Source: Anaerolineae bacterium | GTDB taxonomy: Bacteria; Chloroflexota; Anaerolineae; Anaerolineales; E44-bin32 | Length of the DNA stretch: 64,000 nucleotides | Assembly (NCBI GenBank): GCA_011174825.1 | Contig: DUEZ01000064.1 | Location: 17,512 to 81,511 of the forward strand | Direction: 5' to 3' | Shown here: piece after piece, positions 63,069 through 64,000 of the stretch | Layout of the letters: the number at the start of each line of letters is the position of its first letter | Numbering within the stretch: position 1 is the stretch's first letter | Notes under the pieces: model-generated | The model's database searches: none | What the model was told of the DNA's origin: nothing | The model's input: the letters and a program-made list of their open reading frames with translations, nothing else | Position numbers and translations under genes: made by a program

Positions 63069-64000
63069 AGTAGCCCAACAGCTCCCGAAGCTCACGGGCG
63101 GCCGACTTGCTGAGCGGGATTTGTGTGCCGGCCTCGTCTTTCAGCCTCAGGGTGAAGCTGTCGCGGGTGAAGGGGATCACCTCTTTGACATGTTGTAGAT
63201 TCACCAAATAACTTCGATGGGCGCGAAAAAAACCGCTTCGAGAAAGGCGCTTTTCAAGCTCGGTCAAAGTAAATTGCGTCGGCAGAAGATCGCTGGCAGT
63301 TTGCAGGTAAGCTCGATCTTCTTGTGCAACGACATACAGGATATCGGCTGGGTCCACCAGGTCAACTTTGCCCTCCTGTTTGGCAGGTATCATAAAAGGA
63401 AGATCCGCACGCCGTTCTTCACTCGGACTGTACTCGTCGACGATCCGCCCCTTTTCAAGGCGGTAGATCATATCGCAGACGGGCTCGAGGTTCGTGGTCT
63501 CCTCCGCCAAAATGAGTATGGCGACGCCATCCGCAGCTAGCTGGCTCATTAAACCGCTCAGCAGAGAGACACTGGTGTCATCGCACTTTGCGAAAGGCTC
63601 AGCGAGCAGGAGTGCCTTTGGGTCGTGAAGAATAGCCCGGCCAAAACTCAAGCGCCTCAGCAAGCTGGAGGGGAGCTTCTCCACTTTGACATTCGCATGA
63701 TCTGCTAAACCGACCGTATTGATGATCTCCATCACACGTGCTTTAGGCAGGCGCCGCAATCGCCCATAGAATTTAAGATTTCCCTCCACTGTCATGCGAG
63801 GGTAGAGGTTTTCCTCGGCGAATAGGATACCGACCTCATGGCCGAATCGATCCCTTTCCGTGTGTGGATCAAAACCCGCCAGACGGACCTCCCCTGCTGT
63901 TGGACGAGATTGACCGGTAAGAAGCTCCAGCAGGATCTCTTTGCCACTGTCGATCGGGCCGACCAATGCAGCGATCTCTCCTGCTTTGATCGTCAGCTCC
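63067..64000 (-). CDS. Degenerate ABC nucleotide-binding domain fused to a C-terminal LytTR DNA-binding domain (N-terminus beyond the window end)
   Basis: The frame stays open to position 64000 (ELTIKAGEIAALVGPIDSGKE...). The ABC fold is recognisable, but the motifs are altered. The C-terminus ILYVVAQEDRAYLQT...FFRAHRSYLVNLQHVKEV...LSKSAARELRELL is LytTR-like. Confidence 0.7.
   Translation of the reverse strand, partial: ELTIKAGEIAALVGPIDSGKEILLELLTGQSRPTAGEVRLAGFDPHTERDRFGHEVGILFAEENLYPRMTVEGNLKFYGRLRRLPKARVMEIINTVGLADHANVKVEKLPSSLLRRLSFGRAILHDPKALLLAEPFAKCDDTSVSLLSGLMSQLAADGVAILILAEETTNLEPVCDMIYRLEKGRIVDEYSPSEERRADLPFMIPAKQEGKVDLVDPADILYVVAQEDRAYLQTASDLLPTQFTLTELEKRLSRSGFFRAHRSYLVNLQHVKEVIPFTRDSFTLRLKDEAGTQIPLSKSAARELRELLGY

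Noticed and set aside
1-64000. HIP1-like GCGATCGC over-representation (cyanobacterial signature)
   Set aside because: By eye I found only about four exact GCGATCGC octamers (for example 3091, 8808 and 59687). CGATCG looks frequent, but I cannot show enrichment without counting against expectation.

Overview
This 64-kb chromosomal window holds about 56 protein genes and one tRNA. I found no rRNA, CRISPR array, transposase, integrase or prophage genes. The protein families and the intergenic repeat types suggest a Chloroflexota-like bacterium, but that is inference only. Most content is housekeeping: a partial multi-PAS sensor, clpC, corA, a ssb-to-recN same-strand array including nadK, tRNA-Arg(CCT), a response-regulator/class III cyclase, sdhABCD, DUF885 plus an ICMT-like methyltransferase, a three-domain lamin-tail (LTD) secreted protein, gatC-gatA...gatB, an aminotransferase, gdhA, an S9 peptidase, an ECF transporter and an ABC-2 exporter locus. 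The most interesting region is a tightly packed seven-gene operon at 39.7-48.5 kb. It sits in a stretch of visibly lower GC and encodes NuoE-like, NuoF-like, a 2Fe-2S/4Fe-4S stub, an HdrA-like protein fused to MvhD, an FrhB-like protein, and glutamate-synthase GXGXG and FMN domains as separate proteins. It has no glutaminase domain and no GltD, and gdhA lies just downstream. I read it as a candidate NADH-linked, HdrA-type flavin/FeS complex feeding an archaeal-type glutamate-synthase-like enzyme. Other points worth a second look: a Cas4/DUF83-like nuclease split by one in-frame TGA between two membrane helices; it sits in a tight gene array with a bacterial translin-like gene, DUF3467, ssb and recN. 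Also: an ABC nucleotide-binding domain with all catalytic motifs degenerate, fused to a LytTR DNA-binding domain next to three tandem ABC-2 permease paralogues; tandem SRPBCC-PDZ-DinB paralogues; a DnaA-box-like cluster; a truncated crtI pseudogene; an orphan TadE/Flp-like gene flanked by a duplicated gene 3' end. Several families of heptamer-based hairpin repeats and palindromic modules fill the larger spacers. All coordinates include stop codons. Functional calls rest on motif recognition by eye, with no searches run.
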